Assembly: GCA_002269645.1 (NCBI GenBank)
Contig: NIVC01001387.1
Coordinates: forward strand, 235,118-299,117
Direction: 5' to 3'
DNA: 64,000 bases
From: Macrostomum lignano
Lineage: Eukaryota
Shown one piece after another: positions 45,101 through 58,900 of this stretch. Made by a program: the position numbers and the translations under genes. The stretch's first letter is position 1, and each line of letters begins with the position of its first letter. The notes under the pieces were generated by a model. That model had not been told where the DNA came from, searched no databases, and saw only the letters and a list, made by a program, of their open reading frames with translations.

Positions 45101-48100
45101 ATCAACTCGACGATCGGGAAGAGATCAGCCTGCGTGCTCAAGCTATTGAAGATCTGCGAACTCATCTGCGTCAGTTGGACACGCTGGAAGCTGCCGTGCC
45201 GCATCTGGAGAAGTTCTTGGCCTTCCTGCACAGTCTGCTGGACGACGTGAACTTTCGCATCGCCATCGTGACGCTGGACATCCTCTACCTGTTGGCCAAT
45301 CGCCTGGGCAGTCGGCTGCAGCCTCACCTGCGCAGCCTCTTAGCCGGTATCACTAAACGAATGTCCGACGGTAAAAATGTTGTTCGAACGGCCCTAATGA
45401 AGCTGGCCATACTGCTGATGCACAATCACAGGCCGCAGATTGTGCTAGACCTGTTGCTGAACAATCTCGAGCATAGGAACAGTCGCGTCCGGCAGGAGAC
45501 GTTGAACATGACAATCTCGGCGTTAGTAACATTCCCCAGTTCTGACTTTGATCTGCCTCGCTTGTGCAACTGCATCGCCCCGGCTCTGCTCGATCCGAAG
45601 CGCCAGGTGCGTCACGCTGCCCTGGAAGTGATGGCGTTGCTGGCGCAGGGCCTGGGCAGCGGCCGTCTGCAGCCATTGCAGCTTGCGGTTCGCGAGCAGG
45701 AAACTCGACCGGATGCCACTGGACTCTTCGAAGCCGTGATGAGTCGGCTGGCAAAACGACAGCTGCCTCGGCTAAGCGCCGAAGGCCTGGTCGAATACGC
45801 CATCCCGGTGCCGTCGTCGGCCACTCGAAGGCCTCAAGCTGGCGGAGCGGCGGCGGGTAGCGGCGGAGCAAATGAGGACTGGGTGATGCAGGCGTCTGCC
45901 GGCGGCTACGGGTCAGCGAAGTCGCGCTCTGAGCTGGTCGACTTGGAGACCGACTCCTTGGGTGAGCGACAGCGTCGATGAAAACAGAGTGTGTGATGCG
46001 ACGGAAATTGAGAGTGTGATGCGACGGAAATTGAGAGTGTAATGTGACGGAAATTGAGAGTGTGATGTGACGGAAATTGAGAGTGTGATGTGACGGAAAT
46101 TGAGAGTGTGATGCGACGGAAATTGAGAGTGTGATGCGACGGAAATTGAGAGTGTGATGTGACGGAAATTGAGAGTGTGATGTGACGGAAATTGAGAGTG
46201 TGATGTGACGGAAATTGAGAGTGTGATGTGACGGAAATTGAGAGTGTGATGTGACGGAAATTGAGAGTGTGATGTGACGGAAATAGAGAGTGTGACGTGA
46301 CGGAAATAGAGAGTGTGACGTGACGGAAATTGAGAGTGTGACGTGACGGAAATTGAGAGTGTGATGTGACGGAAATTGAGAGTGTGATGTGACGGAACTT
46401 GAGAGTGTGATGTGACGGAAATTGAGTGTGATGTGACGGTAATTTAGATTTTTTAGGTACATAAAATAGTTCGACAATTTAAAAAAGCAGATCTAATAGA
46501 TATAAATAGACTTGAATAGCAATTCCTATTTTAGTTGTCTGCGCCAATATCGAATGTGTGGCTATTACATTCGCTTCTATCTGGAACTCAAGCTCTACCT
46601 TAACTGATAGGGCCATGCGATTAAAAGTAACTTAGCATGGGTTGGTGCTTATCAGATGAACTATCTAGCTATAGCGATTTCGTCATTGTGTTTTTGGCAT
46701 TGCTTGCTTCAGAGTTGAAAGCTGCACAACCCTCCGTGTACTTTAACATAGAAAATACGTCTTCGCTTTGAATTCCAGCTTCGGAAAGACGGAAGTCAAG
46801 CGCCGGCCGGCTAGCAAAAGGCAAACTGCCCTGGGAGCCCGCTGCAAGCGAGCCCGCCCCAGCGCCTAGTCAGGAGGTTGGCCGAGTGAGTAGCATTTTT
46901 CAATATTTAAGTTGCTGAACTTACCAGTTTTTAATGCGTCTTCTTTCTAACTCTTAAACACCTCACGCCGTACCCCTCCTTTCTAACCCCAAAACCCCCA
47001 CCTCATGCCGCGTCCCTCCTTTCTTACCCCAAAACCCCCACCTCACGCCGTGCCCCTCCTTTCTAACCCCAAAACCCCCACCTCACGCCGCGCCTCTCCT
47101 TTCTAACCCCAAAACCCCCACCTCACGCCGCGCCTCTCCTTTCTAACCCCAAAACCCCCACCTCACGCCGTGCCCCTCCTTTCTAACCCCCAAAACCCCA
47201 CCTCTCGCCGCGACCCTTCTTTCTAATCCCCTAAAACCCCCACCTCACGCCGCGCCTCTCCTTTCTAACCCCCAAAACCCCCACCTCACGCCATAACGTT
47301 TCTTTATATCCCTAAACTTCTATCTCATACTACGCCTTGTCTTTCTAAGTTAAAAATCCCATTTTATTTACGAAATTGTTTAATTTGGCACTTTTTGACG
47401 TCAATTGTGAACTTGCTGATTTCTAAAGCTCTCCAAAGCTCCGTCCTGAGCATTTGTATGATAGGTAAAGAGAGTTTACTGTGCTAATCAAATGTGCATA
47501 GCGTTCAAACTGTGGACCTTGAATCTCGGCGATAACTAAGGCACTGAGCAAAACTGTATGCATACTTATAGAATTTATATATTTGCTCAATATACTCACT
47601 GAAGAGCCATGATGATGGCTGCTTCTCTCGTGGCTTTAAAACTCTCAAAGGAGAAGAACTACGCAGTATGGGAGAGTGAAAAATTCCACGCATGCACAGC
47701 GAGTGTCACTGACACGCGGTAGCCCGGGCTTATAGATTAGAGATGTACTTTTAGCTGAATGTAAAGCGAGAACCTGTTAAAATGAGCTGCTCTGGCTTCT
47801 GAGAGACTCTGGAGTAGCCGAATGGGGAAGAGAAAACCAAGTCGGAATTGCTTTGGGAAGTGAGTAGAGTACTGAATAAGTCCCAGTGTGTGTGTGTGTG
47901 TGTGTGTGATACTCTGCTTTTAATTCTTCTCTGTTTTTTGCTTCTCAGCACATTTTGCTTCTCTATGTTTCTCTTCCATTTTTTCTTATCTGTTTCTCAT
48001 CTGTTTTCTTCCATTTCTCGTCTGTCTATCATCTATTTATCACCTGTTTCTCATCTGTTTATCATCTGTTTCTCATCTGTTTCTCATCTGTTTATCATCT

Positions 48101-49897
48101 GTTCTCTTCCATTTCTCATCTGTCTATCATCTATTTATCACCTGTTTCTAATCTGTTTATCATCTGTTTATCATCTGTTTCTCATCTGTTCTCTTCCATT
48201 TCTCATCTGTCTATCATCTATTTATCACCTGTTTCTAATCTGTTCTCTTCCATTTCTCATCTGTCTATCATCTATTTATCACCTGTTTCTAATCTGTTTA
48301 TCATCTGTTTCTCATCTGTTCTCTTCCATTTCTCATCTGTCTATCATCACCTTTTTCTCATCTGTTTCTCATCTGTTTCTCATCTATTTCTCTCCTGTTT
48401 CTCATCTGTTTCTCATCTGTTTCTCATCTGTTTCCCATCAATCGTATGTTTCTATCCTTTCCTGTTCCTGTTTCTACAGCTTCCTATATTTTTTGACTAA
48501 CTAAAAAATTCGGCTTCCATTCCGTTCATTCACCTTAGGATTTTGTTCAGTTTCTATTTAAATCCCAGCGCCGTATCTTTGTCGATTTGTTTTTCTATCA
48601 GATTGCAAAATTGGAACAAAAAAGCCCTGTTCTGAAACCTGCTTGACGGAAAATGATAAAGAAGCTTTGCTACAAACAATAGGGCATTGTTAGGCATTTT
48701 TTGGGTTCTCAGATCCCCTCAGATCCCATTTGCGTCAGCACTGGGAGTGCGATAGCTATTGAATACCCCCCGTCTCCAGTATTATGCTCAGTTTTAGCAT
48801 ATCGGATGGTAGCGAAGTGCTTTCAGCTCGTCAATAACATGCATGCAGATGGGCTTATTGACTAGAATTTTGCGTAATTCGTGTTAACCATTTTGGCATC
48901 TGTTGCATATTTAAAATCCAGAAGTTCTTGGCGCCAATTCAAAATCCACAAAATCTAGGCGCCACTTCAAAGTTTACAAAATCTAGGCGCCAATTCAAAG
49001 TTTACAAAATCTAGGCGCCACTTCAAAGTTTACAAAATCTAGGCGCCAATTCAAAGTTTACAAAATCTAGGCGCCACTTCAAAGTTTACAAAATCTAGGC
49101 GCCAATTCAAAGTTTACAAAATCTAGGCGCCACTTCAAAGTTTACAAAATCTAGGCGCCAATTCAAAGTTTACAAAATCTAGGCGCCAATTCAAAGTTTA
49201 CAAAATCTAGGCGCCACTTCAAAGTTTACAAAATCTAGGCGCCACTTCAAAGTTTACAAAATCTAGGCGCCAATTCAAAATTCACAAAATAAACACGCCA
49301 CTTAAAAATCCACAAAATATAGGCGCCACTTCAAAATTCACAAAATCTAGTTCTCATGAGGCGCCAATTCAAAATCCACAAAATCTAGGCGCCAATTCAA
49401 AATCCACAAAATCTTGATTTTCAGTCATGAAAAAATCCTAATTTATTATAAATTTAGGCCTGTCTATCTTATATATTTATGATATTTTTTGTCTTTTAAT
49501 TGGCATTTAAAATCTGAACTGCTAAGGTCGGCTTGAGTCGGGAACAGCTAAGCCACAGTGGGCAGTGTGTATTGTGCAAAGCATAGATTGCAGCAGAGCA
49601 GTGCAACCGCCCCCCCCCCCCGGTCCACACTCTCTCGGGCTAGCGCAAGCTATTTGGTTAAAAAAACTGTTTTGGCAAATTAGAACTGGCGCACTCTATA
49701 ATGCTTGCACGCGTGCAGTAGGGGGTTTTTAAGTTAGGCTAGAAACGCAGATAACGCAGAAGAGCTGAGACCCTGCTGGAATCAAACTTAGAAGTCTACT
49801 CGTATACACACTATGATGGCGCACTAAATAGATGCAGCTGTACAATATGCTGCGAGAAGAGATGGCTTCATTCTATTGCTATTTTCCTGTTCCTCTC

Positions 49898-49989
<92 letters not shown>

Positions 49990-52900
49990 ATCGACAGACT
50001 CTGTATGCACACTTTTAGATTGTCTGTGAGAAGCGTCTTACGGGCTGCTGCTGGGTGGGTTGGTTGCCAGGGTAGGGCTACCTCGGATAGCTGTTTTATC
50101 GCCGCCGCAGCCGTCTGTGTTTTTTCTCTCATTTTGATGCAGTTCTGTTTGGAGCCCCAAAAATGATCAACAACAAATTTTAACTACTATAGTGTAGTGC
50201 TAGTTCGTCTGTTTGCAAATTAAAAACTTCTAACCTTTTAGAATAAATGCAAAACATTTTTTAAATGATATGCATTTTCTGTAGTTGACCTAATAGCAAT
50301 TGCTTTCGTGTGTAATAATGCTGTAATAATTGATTTCACCTACCCTAATGGGCAGATGTGCAACCGACAGCTCAGCCGCAGCTATTGCGCGGATTTTACA
50401 GCTGGGTGAACTGAAGCAATGCAGAGTTAAGTGTCTTGCTCAAGGACACAAATTGTTCCTGTGGAATCGGGAATCGAACCCCCGACCTTCAAGTCATCAT
50501 GAGTCTGACGCTCTAGCCACTATAGGCTACAACCCTCCTTTAGCGTGTGGAGCCTTATTAAAGTACTTTCAGCACTCTCTCTCTCTCTCTCGATGCTTGA
50601 GATGGTTGATCTTTTAATTCTGATGTAGTCCAAAGCGAAAAGTGAAAAATTCCTTGCCCTTTTCTATCTACAATAAAAAGAGAATTGTTGACAATCTCAA
50701 TAAAATAGTTTTTTTTCATGCAACAGGCAAAGCAAAAGCCACCGCAGCAGCAACAACAAGCAACTCGTTCTAACGACCCGGCCTCTTCAACGTCTGTGCT
50801 GAACTCGCGCCAACAGCCGCAGGCGCAACCGCCGAAGGCGCAACCGCCGCAGGCGGAGTCCCCCGCAGGCCATCAGGGAGGCCCCAGCGCCTACGTGACC
50901 AACGGGCGGGTGAAAAAATTCTCAGAAATCCCAACAGATCAGCAGCCGAGAAAGGTGAAAAGATTTCTCGATCAGTCAGAGAAGCCGGAGCTGCAGCAGG
51001 GGGGCGACACCGCTTCGCCAGGTAAAAACTAAAACGAATGTAGTTGGTGCTGCATTTTTATGTTAAACTTTATGTATTTCAGTTTAATTCGATTTATGCA
51101 TAATCTAAATGTTTTCTTTCGAATTCTTGAAGTTGAATTTAGGCATCAGAAATATCATTGTGAATCTTGAATTGTCATTTTAGATATCAGGGAATGTCAT
51201 TTTGGATATCACGGAATGCCATTTTGGATATCAGGGAATGTCATTTTATATATCACGGAATGTCATTTTAGATATCAGGGAATGTCATTTTAGATATCAG
51301 GGAATGTCATTTTAGATATCAGGGAATGTCATTTTATATATCAGGGAATGTCATTTTGGATATCACGGAATGTCATTTTGGGTACAAGGGAATGTCATTT
51401 TATATATCAGGGAATGTCATTTTGGATATCAGGGAATGTCATTTTGGATATCAGGGAATGTCATTTTGGATATCACGGAATGTCATTTTGGGTACAAGGG
51501 AATGTCATTTTGGATATCAGGGAATGTCATTTTAGATACCGGGGAATTTCATTTTATATATCAGGGAATGTCATTTTGGATATCAGGAAATGTCATTTTA
51601 TATATCAGGGAATGTCATTTTGGATATCAGGGAATGTCATTTTGGATATCAGGGAATGTCATTTTAGATACCGGGGAATGTTATTTTATATATCAGGGAA
51701 TGTCATTTTGGATATCAGGAAATGTCATTTTATATATCAGGGAATGTCATTTTGGATATCAGGGAATGTCATTTTGGATATCACGGAATGTCATTTTGGG
51801 TACAAGGGAATGTCATTTTATATATCAGGGAATGTCATTTGGATATCAGGGAATGTCATTTTGGATATCACGGAATGTCATTTTGGGTACAAGGGAATGT
51901 CATTTTGGATATCAGGGAATGTCATTTTGGATATCAGTGAATGTCATTTTGGTATAAGGGAATGTCATTTTAGATATCAGGGAATTTCATTTTGGATATC
52001 AGGGAATGTCATTTTGGATACAAGGTAATGTCATTTTGTATAGCAGGGATTGTCATTTTGGATATCAGGGAATTTCATTTTGGATATCAGGGAATGTCAT
52101 TTTGGATACAAGGTAATGTCATTTTGTATAGCAGGGATTGTCATTTTGGATATCAGGAAATGTCATTTTATATATCAGGGAATGTCATTTTGGATATCAC
52201 GGAATGTCATTTTGGGTACAAGGGAATGTCATTTTGGATATCAGGGAATGTCATTTTGGATATCAGTGAATGTCATTTTGGTATAAGGGAATGTCATTTT
52301 AGATATCAGGGAATTTCATTTTGGATATCAGGGAATGTCATTTTGGATACAAGGTAATGTCATTTTGTATAGCAGGGATTGTCATTTTGGATATCAGGGA
52401 ATTTCATTTTGGATATCAGGGAATGTCATTTTGGATACAAGGTAATGTCATTTTGTATAGCAGGGATTGTCATTTTGGATATCAGGAAATGTCATTTTAT
52501 ATATCAGGGAATGTCATTTTGGGTACAAGGGAATGTCATTTTATATATCAGGGAATGTCATTTTGAATATCACGGAATGTCATTTTGGGTACAAGGGAAT
52601 GTCATTTTATATATCAGGGAATGTCATTTTGGATATCAGGGAATGTCATTTTGGATATCACGGAATGTCATTTTGGGTACAAGGAAATGTCATTTTGGAT
52701 ATCAGGGAATGTCAATTTGGATATCAGGGAATGTCATTTTGGTATAAGGGAATGTCATTTTAGATATCAGGGAATTTCATTTTGGATATCAGGGAATGTC
52801 ATTTTGGATACAATGTAATGTCATTTTGTATAGCAGGGATTGTCATTTTGGATATCAGGGAATGTCATTCTATATCTAAAAATACCATTTTAGGTCCGAG

Positions 52901-55900
52901 AACTAGTTTTTAACCTTAAAAGTTTCGAAAAGTTACATTATTTATTTGTAATATAATAATAGTATTAAAGTACGTTTTCGTTTTTGTTTCAATAAAATAA
53001 GGTAGCTCTGTTTTTAATTCATTGTTAAACAAGCTTTATTTAAAACTATTATTATTTGTGTTGTTACGTGCCGTTAAAAACAATTTGTTATTGCCTATCA
53101 ATAGCAAAGTATAACTTTAAAAGAAAATAAAACGAACGGAACGAATTTCTAAGCCTAACCGCATCTAACGCGCAGGCAACCAGTGGAACAGCGGTCCCAC
53201 CGCTAAAGGTTCCTATTTGAAAAACTTGGAAAAGCAGTCGAAACCTCGACTAGTAAAGTCCAAACGACCCGAACTCATTACCTCCGACGTGCTTGATGAC
53301 TTGCCTTCGACAAGCCGATCAGTGGCCTCTTCTCAGCCTCAGCAGGCTGCACCTGATCAAGAGGGCTCTGCCGGCAAGCTGCCAGCAATCCCAAAGCAAC
53401 AACAACAGAAAAGAGCCTCTGGTGAGGCCCCCCCTTCTCAAAGCAACTAAATTCAGCTTACTAAATCCATTTTTAAGCACGTTGAAAATTATTTCCGAAC
53501 AACACCAGTCCACATATTTTCCCCGAGTGTGAATGGGCACTGCAGTGTGTGATTGCATTAATTATTACTTAATTAATTTTTTGGCCTCGTGAAATTGTGA
53601 TTGCGCCATTGCTAACCACCGGCTTGTCCATATAAGTCGGATTAAATTAAAAACGAATAGAATAAAGCTCTAAACGTATATGCTAATTACTGTCACACAG
53701 ACTTCCGTCAGCTCAGGATCATAGAGGCGTCAGTTCAAGATCATAGAGGCGTCAGTTCAAGATCATAGAGGCGTCAGTTCAAGATCATAGAGGCGTCAGT
53801 TCAAGATCATAGAGGCATCAGCTCAGGATCATAGAGGCGTCAGCTCAGGATCATAGAGGCGTCAGCTCAGGATCATAGAGGCGTCAGTTTAGGATCATAG
53901 AGGCGTCAGCTCAGGATCATAGAGGCGTCAGCTCAGGATCACAGAGGCGTCAGCTCAGGATCATAGAGGCGTCAGTTTAGGATCATAGAGGCGTCAATTT
54001 AGGATCATAGAGGCGTCAGCTCAGGATCATAGAGGCGTCAGTTCAGGATCATAGAAGCGTCAGCTCAGGATCATAGAGGCGTCAGTTCAAGATCATAGAG
54101 GTGTCAGTTCAGGATCACAGAGGCGTCAGCTCAGGATCATAGAGGCGTCAGTTCAGGATCATAGAGGCGTCAGCTCAGGATCATAGAGGCGTCAGCTCAG
54201 GATCATAGAGGCGTCAGTTTAGGATCATAGGGGAGTCAAACAAGAAGATATTGAAAATCACCTGATTTGACCACCAGATGGCAGTATGTGGGATGTGGTG
54301 CTTAGATACACCAACAAAATTAAACTATGGTATATCAAAACAATTAAAAGGAATCAGTTCCCCATAGCTTTGCATGTTTACAATTAATAATCAATATTTT
54401 TATAGAATTATTTGCAATCATTGGCGGCACTTTCAACTAGCAATTTTGCTCGTTTTAAAATCGGAATGAACATTTCTGCACAAGTTATTAAATTTCTTCT
54501 ACTCTACTATAAGAGTGTAACAACCAGGTATGAAACTATGAATAATTTGCTTTCGTAAGTCCCTATCGAATCTTTCTTGCAGCGAAATCGAAATTTTCTG
54601 ACAAAATTTCTGCTTCAAAAGAGCTACCACAGCAGCAGCAACAGCAGCAGCAGCAGCTGCCACAAGTGCAGGCTGCCATCCCGGCAAAATCTTTGGCGAG
54701 AGTCAATTCGAAAGGTTCTTGTAGCTGATTGGATTGCATTCACTTTTCACTGCCTCCATCTCCCCTTTTCCTTTCTTCTCTCCCTCTCTCACTCCCTTCC
54801 TCTCTCTCCCTCTCTCCCTCTCTCCCTCTCTCCCTCTCTCATTCCCTCCCTCTCTCATTCCCTCCCTCTCTCCCTCCCTCACTCTCTCCCTCTCTCATTC
54901 CCTCCTTCTCTCACTCCCTCTCTCCCTCTCTCTCCCTCTCTCCCTCCCTCCCTCCCTCTCTCCCTCCCTCCCTCTCTCCCTCTCTCATTCCCTCCTTCTC
55001 TCACTCCCTCTCTCCCTCTCTCTCCCTCTCTCCCTCCCTCCCTCCCTCTCTCCCTCTCCTCCCTCTCTCCCTCTCTCCCTCTCTCCTCTCTCTCCCTCCC
55101 TCCCTCCCTCTCTCCCTCCTCCCTCTCTCCCTCTCCCTCTCTCTCCCTCTCTCCCTCTCTCCCTCTCTCCCTCTCTCCCTCCCTCCCTCCCTCCCTGTCT
55201 CCCTCTCTCATTCCCTGTCTCCCTCTCTCATTCCCTGTCTCCATCTCTCCCTATCTCTCCCTCTCTCTCTCGTTTCGTATCGGTCTTTCTCTCCCCTCTC
55301 CTTATCCCTCCGCCAGTGTCCGGTGTTTTGTAGATCTAAAATGCGGGATAATTTATGAGTAGTTCTCAAAATAAAAAAAAAATATTTTCATTGTAGCGAT
55401 TTGAAAATGATACTGTAGCGAAGTTAATTATGACGTGAATATCTGTAATAAAAAATTATTAAAGCTTTACAATGATGAGACACAGTTCTCATTTCTAACT
55501 GTTTAACATAGCATTTTTTGTTTTGTTTAACTGCTCAACATTTTTCGGACATAAATTTGAACTTTATGGGTCGTATTTCCTGCCCGTGAATATTAAAATA
55601 AGATATTATATTTGATTTCTGACCCACACAGACTCTGTGGCAGCCTCTGAAGCGAAAAACAAAAGACAGGGCGGCCCCAGCTACGATTCGGGCAATGGAG
55701 ACGGTAAGCAGAATTTAGACAGATCTTTTTGTGTAAATAAAATTCTATTTTTGTGCCTTTTCACGCTGATAGTGAATTTTTTAGAGTGAAGGGGGAGGTA
55801 GAGAGAGGGAGAGGGAGAGGGGGGGAGTGGGGGGGAGGTAGAGAGGGGGTGAGGGTAGGGAGAGAGGGAGAGTGAGGGTAGGGAGAGAGGGAGAGTGAGG

Positions 55901-58900
55901 GGAAGGAGAGAGGGAGCGTGAGGGTAGGGAGAGAGGGAGCGTGAGGGTAGGGAGAGAGGGAGAGTGAGGGGAAGGAGAGAGGGAGCGTGAGGGTAGGGAG
56001 AGAGGGAGAGTGAGGGGAAGGAGAGAGGGAGCATGAGGGTAGGGAGAGAGGGAGAGTGAGGGTAGGGAGAGAGGGAGAGTGAGGGGAAGGAGAGAGGGAG
56101 CATGAGGGTAGGGAGAGAGGGAGAGTGAGGGTAGGGAGAGAGGGAGAGTGAGGGGAAGGAGAGAGGGAGCGTGAGGGTAGGGAGAGAGGGAGAGTGAGGG
56201 GAAGGAGAGAGGGAGAGTGGGGGGAGGGAGAGAGGGAGAGTGGGGGGAGGGAGAGAGGGAGAGTGGGGGAGGGAGACAGGGGAAGGAGAGAGGGAGAGTG
56301 AAGGTAGGGAGAGAGGGAGAGTGAGGGGAGGGAGAGAGGGAGAGTGGGGGGAGGGAGACAGGGGAAGGAGAGAGGGAGAGTGAAGGTAGGGAGAGAGGGA
56401 GAGTGAGGGGAGGGAGAGAGGGAGAGTGGGGGGAGGGAGAGAGGGAGAGTGGGGGAAAGGAGAGTGGGGGGAGGATAGAGGGAGCTGAGTGGGGGAAGGA
56501 AAGTGGGAGAGTTTGGGGGGGGGGGTAGAGAAGGAGTGAGAGGGAGCGAGAGAGATAGTAAGGGGGAGGGAGAAGGAGAGTGATGCTTAAGGAGAGAGTG
56601 AGGGGGCAGAGACGGAGAGAGATATATATTCCGTTCCCTTCAAAGTCCAGGGCAGTCTGTATCGCACCGTTGCCATCAATGCACCATCATATTCGATGCT
56701 GTTTACTAGGAGGTCAAATTTTCCTGTCAACATCTGCAGGCGAAAGCGCAGAGCTGCGTCTCCAAATAGAAGCAAAAAACACGCAATTAATGGCAATTTT
56801 GGCTGGGTCGAAAACGACCGGCTGACGGTTTCTGCGTTCCCTGTCCTCGTCTCAGCTTCCTTTTCACTCCTTAATTTTCCAAACAGAGCTATATAATTAC
56901 AGCAAGTCTGCGTCTCAATTTCCTGTGAAGTCCAACATGCTCAAACGACTTCATTCTGACATTAATTGAGTAGCTATACTGTCAGAAGCTGCTGCTCAAC
57001 ACGCTAACTAATGTCATTGGTTACCCTTCAGACGACGTTTCTAATTCTCATTCAGATGGAACTAAATCCCATTCAGATGGTACCAAATCTCATTCAGACG
57101 TTGCTAAATGCCTTCAGATGGAACTAAAATCCTTCACACGGGACTAAACTCCTTCAGACGGAACTAAACTCCTTCAGACGGAACTAAACTCCTTCAGACG
57201 GAACTAAAACCCTTCAGACGGAACTAAATCCCATTTAGATGGAACTAAATCCCATTCAGATGGAACTAAATCCCATTCAGATGGAACTAAATCCCATTCA
57301 GACGGAACTAAATCCCATTCAGATGGAACTAAATCCCATTCAGATGGAACTAAATCCCATTCAGATGGAACTAAATCCCATTCAGATGGAACTAAATCCC
57401 ATTCAGATGGAACTAAATCCCATTCAGATGGAACTAAATCCCATTCAGATGGAACTAAATCCCATTCAGATGGAACTAAATCCCATTCAGACGGAACTAA
57501 ATCCCATTCAGACGGAACTAAACTCCTTCAGACGGAACTAAACTCCTTCAGACAGAACTAAAATCGTTTAGATGGAACTAAACTCCTATTAAGACTGTGG
57601 CAAATCCCATTCAGACGGTATTAAAACCTTACTTAATCCTTCGATGCTATATCAGTCATTTTTGTGTCCCGTTCTCCCCTTGCAGCAGCGGAGGCGGCCT
57701 CCCCGGTGCCCATGAAACCGCAGTTGGCTCGTTCGGCTGGCAAAAAGCCGAAACGAGCGACCGCCGGGCCGTCGAACCCGCCATCCGACTCCGGAGTGGG
57801 TGCTGCGGCCGCAAACTACTCCACAGCAAGTTCTACCGCTCCGTCCTCTACTAGGGGCAGCCAAATTGATGCAGCAGAGGAGCACCCACCGCCAGAAGAG
57901 GTGAGAAAACTAACTAGTTTTGCCCAGTCTAATGCCTTTTAGTGTATTGGGAATAGAATGGATTGCTAATCTATTCTCTTTTGAGTGTATTGGGAATAGA
58001 ATGGATTGCTTATCTATTCTCTTTGCAGTTTATTGGGAATAGAATGGATTGCTAATCTATTCTCTTTGCAGTCTATTGAGAATAGAATGGATTGCTAATC
58101 TAGATGAAGCAATGAAATGCTGCATTACTAATCTAGCGAATAATGTTTTAATTTTACATAATTTTCACTACTGTAATGTCAAAATAGTGCACTTTTATTA
58201 AGGAGGATGCAAAGCTAACAAGCGGTCTCTATGATAATCTTGCAGCAGTTGCATCACTGCATCATTGGAACTGGTTGCTATCTCCATAGCAACCGCTCGT
58301 GCAGTCGTGTGTTCCAGTTGAACCCTAAAAATGAATCCCAGGTCTGGCCTAATGCCAATGGCAATTAACTGTCCCAGAATTGGTTTTATACAGATTCATA
58401 TTTTCATAAATTTATTGCATGTTAAATTGTGAACGTTGTCTGGCTGACGCACCAGTGACTGCTGCTGCAGCCTGAATGCCGGAGAGGCAGTATGGGAAAT
58501 GCTTTAAACACCACCCTACCACTAAATACCACACTCCAGTTACGACACTCCAAACACAACACTCCAGTTACCACACTTTAAACACTACACTCCAGTTACC
58601 ACACTCCAAACACCACACTCCAGTTACCACACTCCAAACACCACACTCCAGTTACCACACTCCAAACCCCACACTCCAGTTAACACACTCCAAACACCAC
58701 ACTCCAGTTACCACACTTTAAGCACCACACTCCAGTTACCACACTTTAAACCCCACACTCCAGTTACCACACTTTTAACACCACACTCCAGTTACCACAA
58801 TCCAAACACCACACTCCAGTTTCAACACTCCAGTTACCACACTCCAAACACCACACTCCAGTTTCAACACTCCAGTTACCACACTCCAGTTACCACACTC

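Noticed and set aside
50455-50536. Functional tRNA gene
   Set aside because: A and B boxes are present, but the acceptor stem and cloverleaf are not intact and it continues into a SINE body rather than a poly-T terminator.
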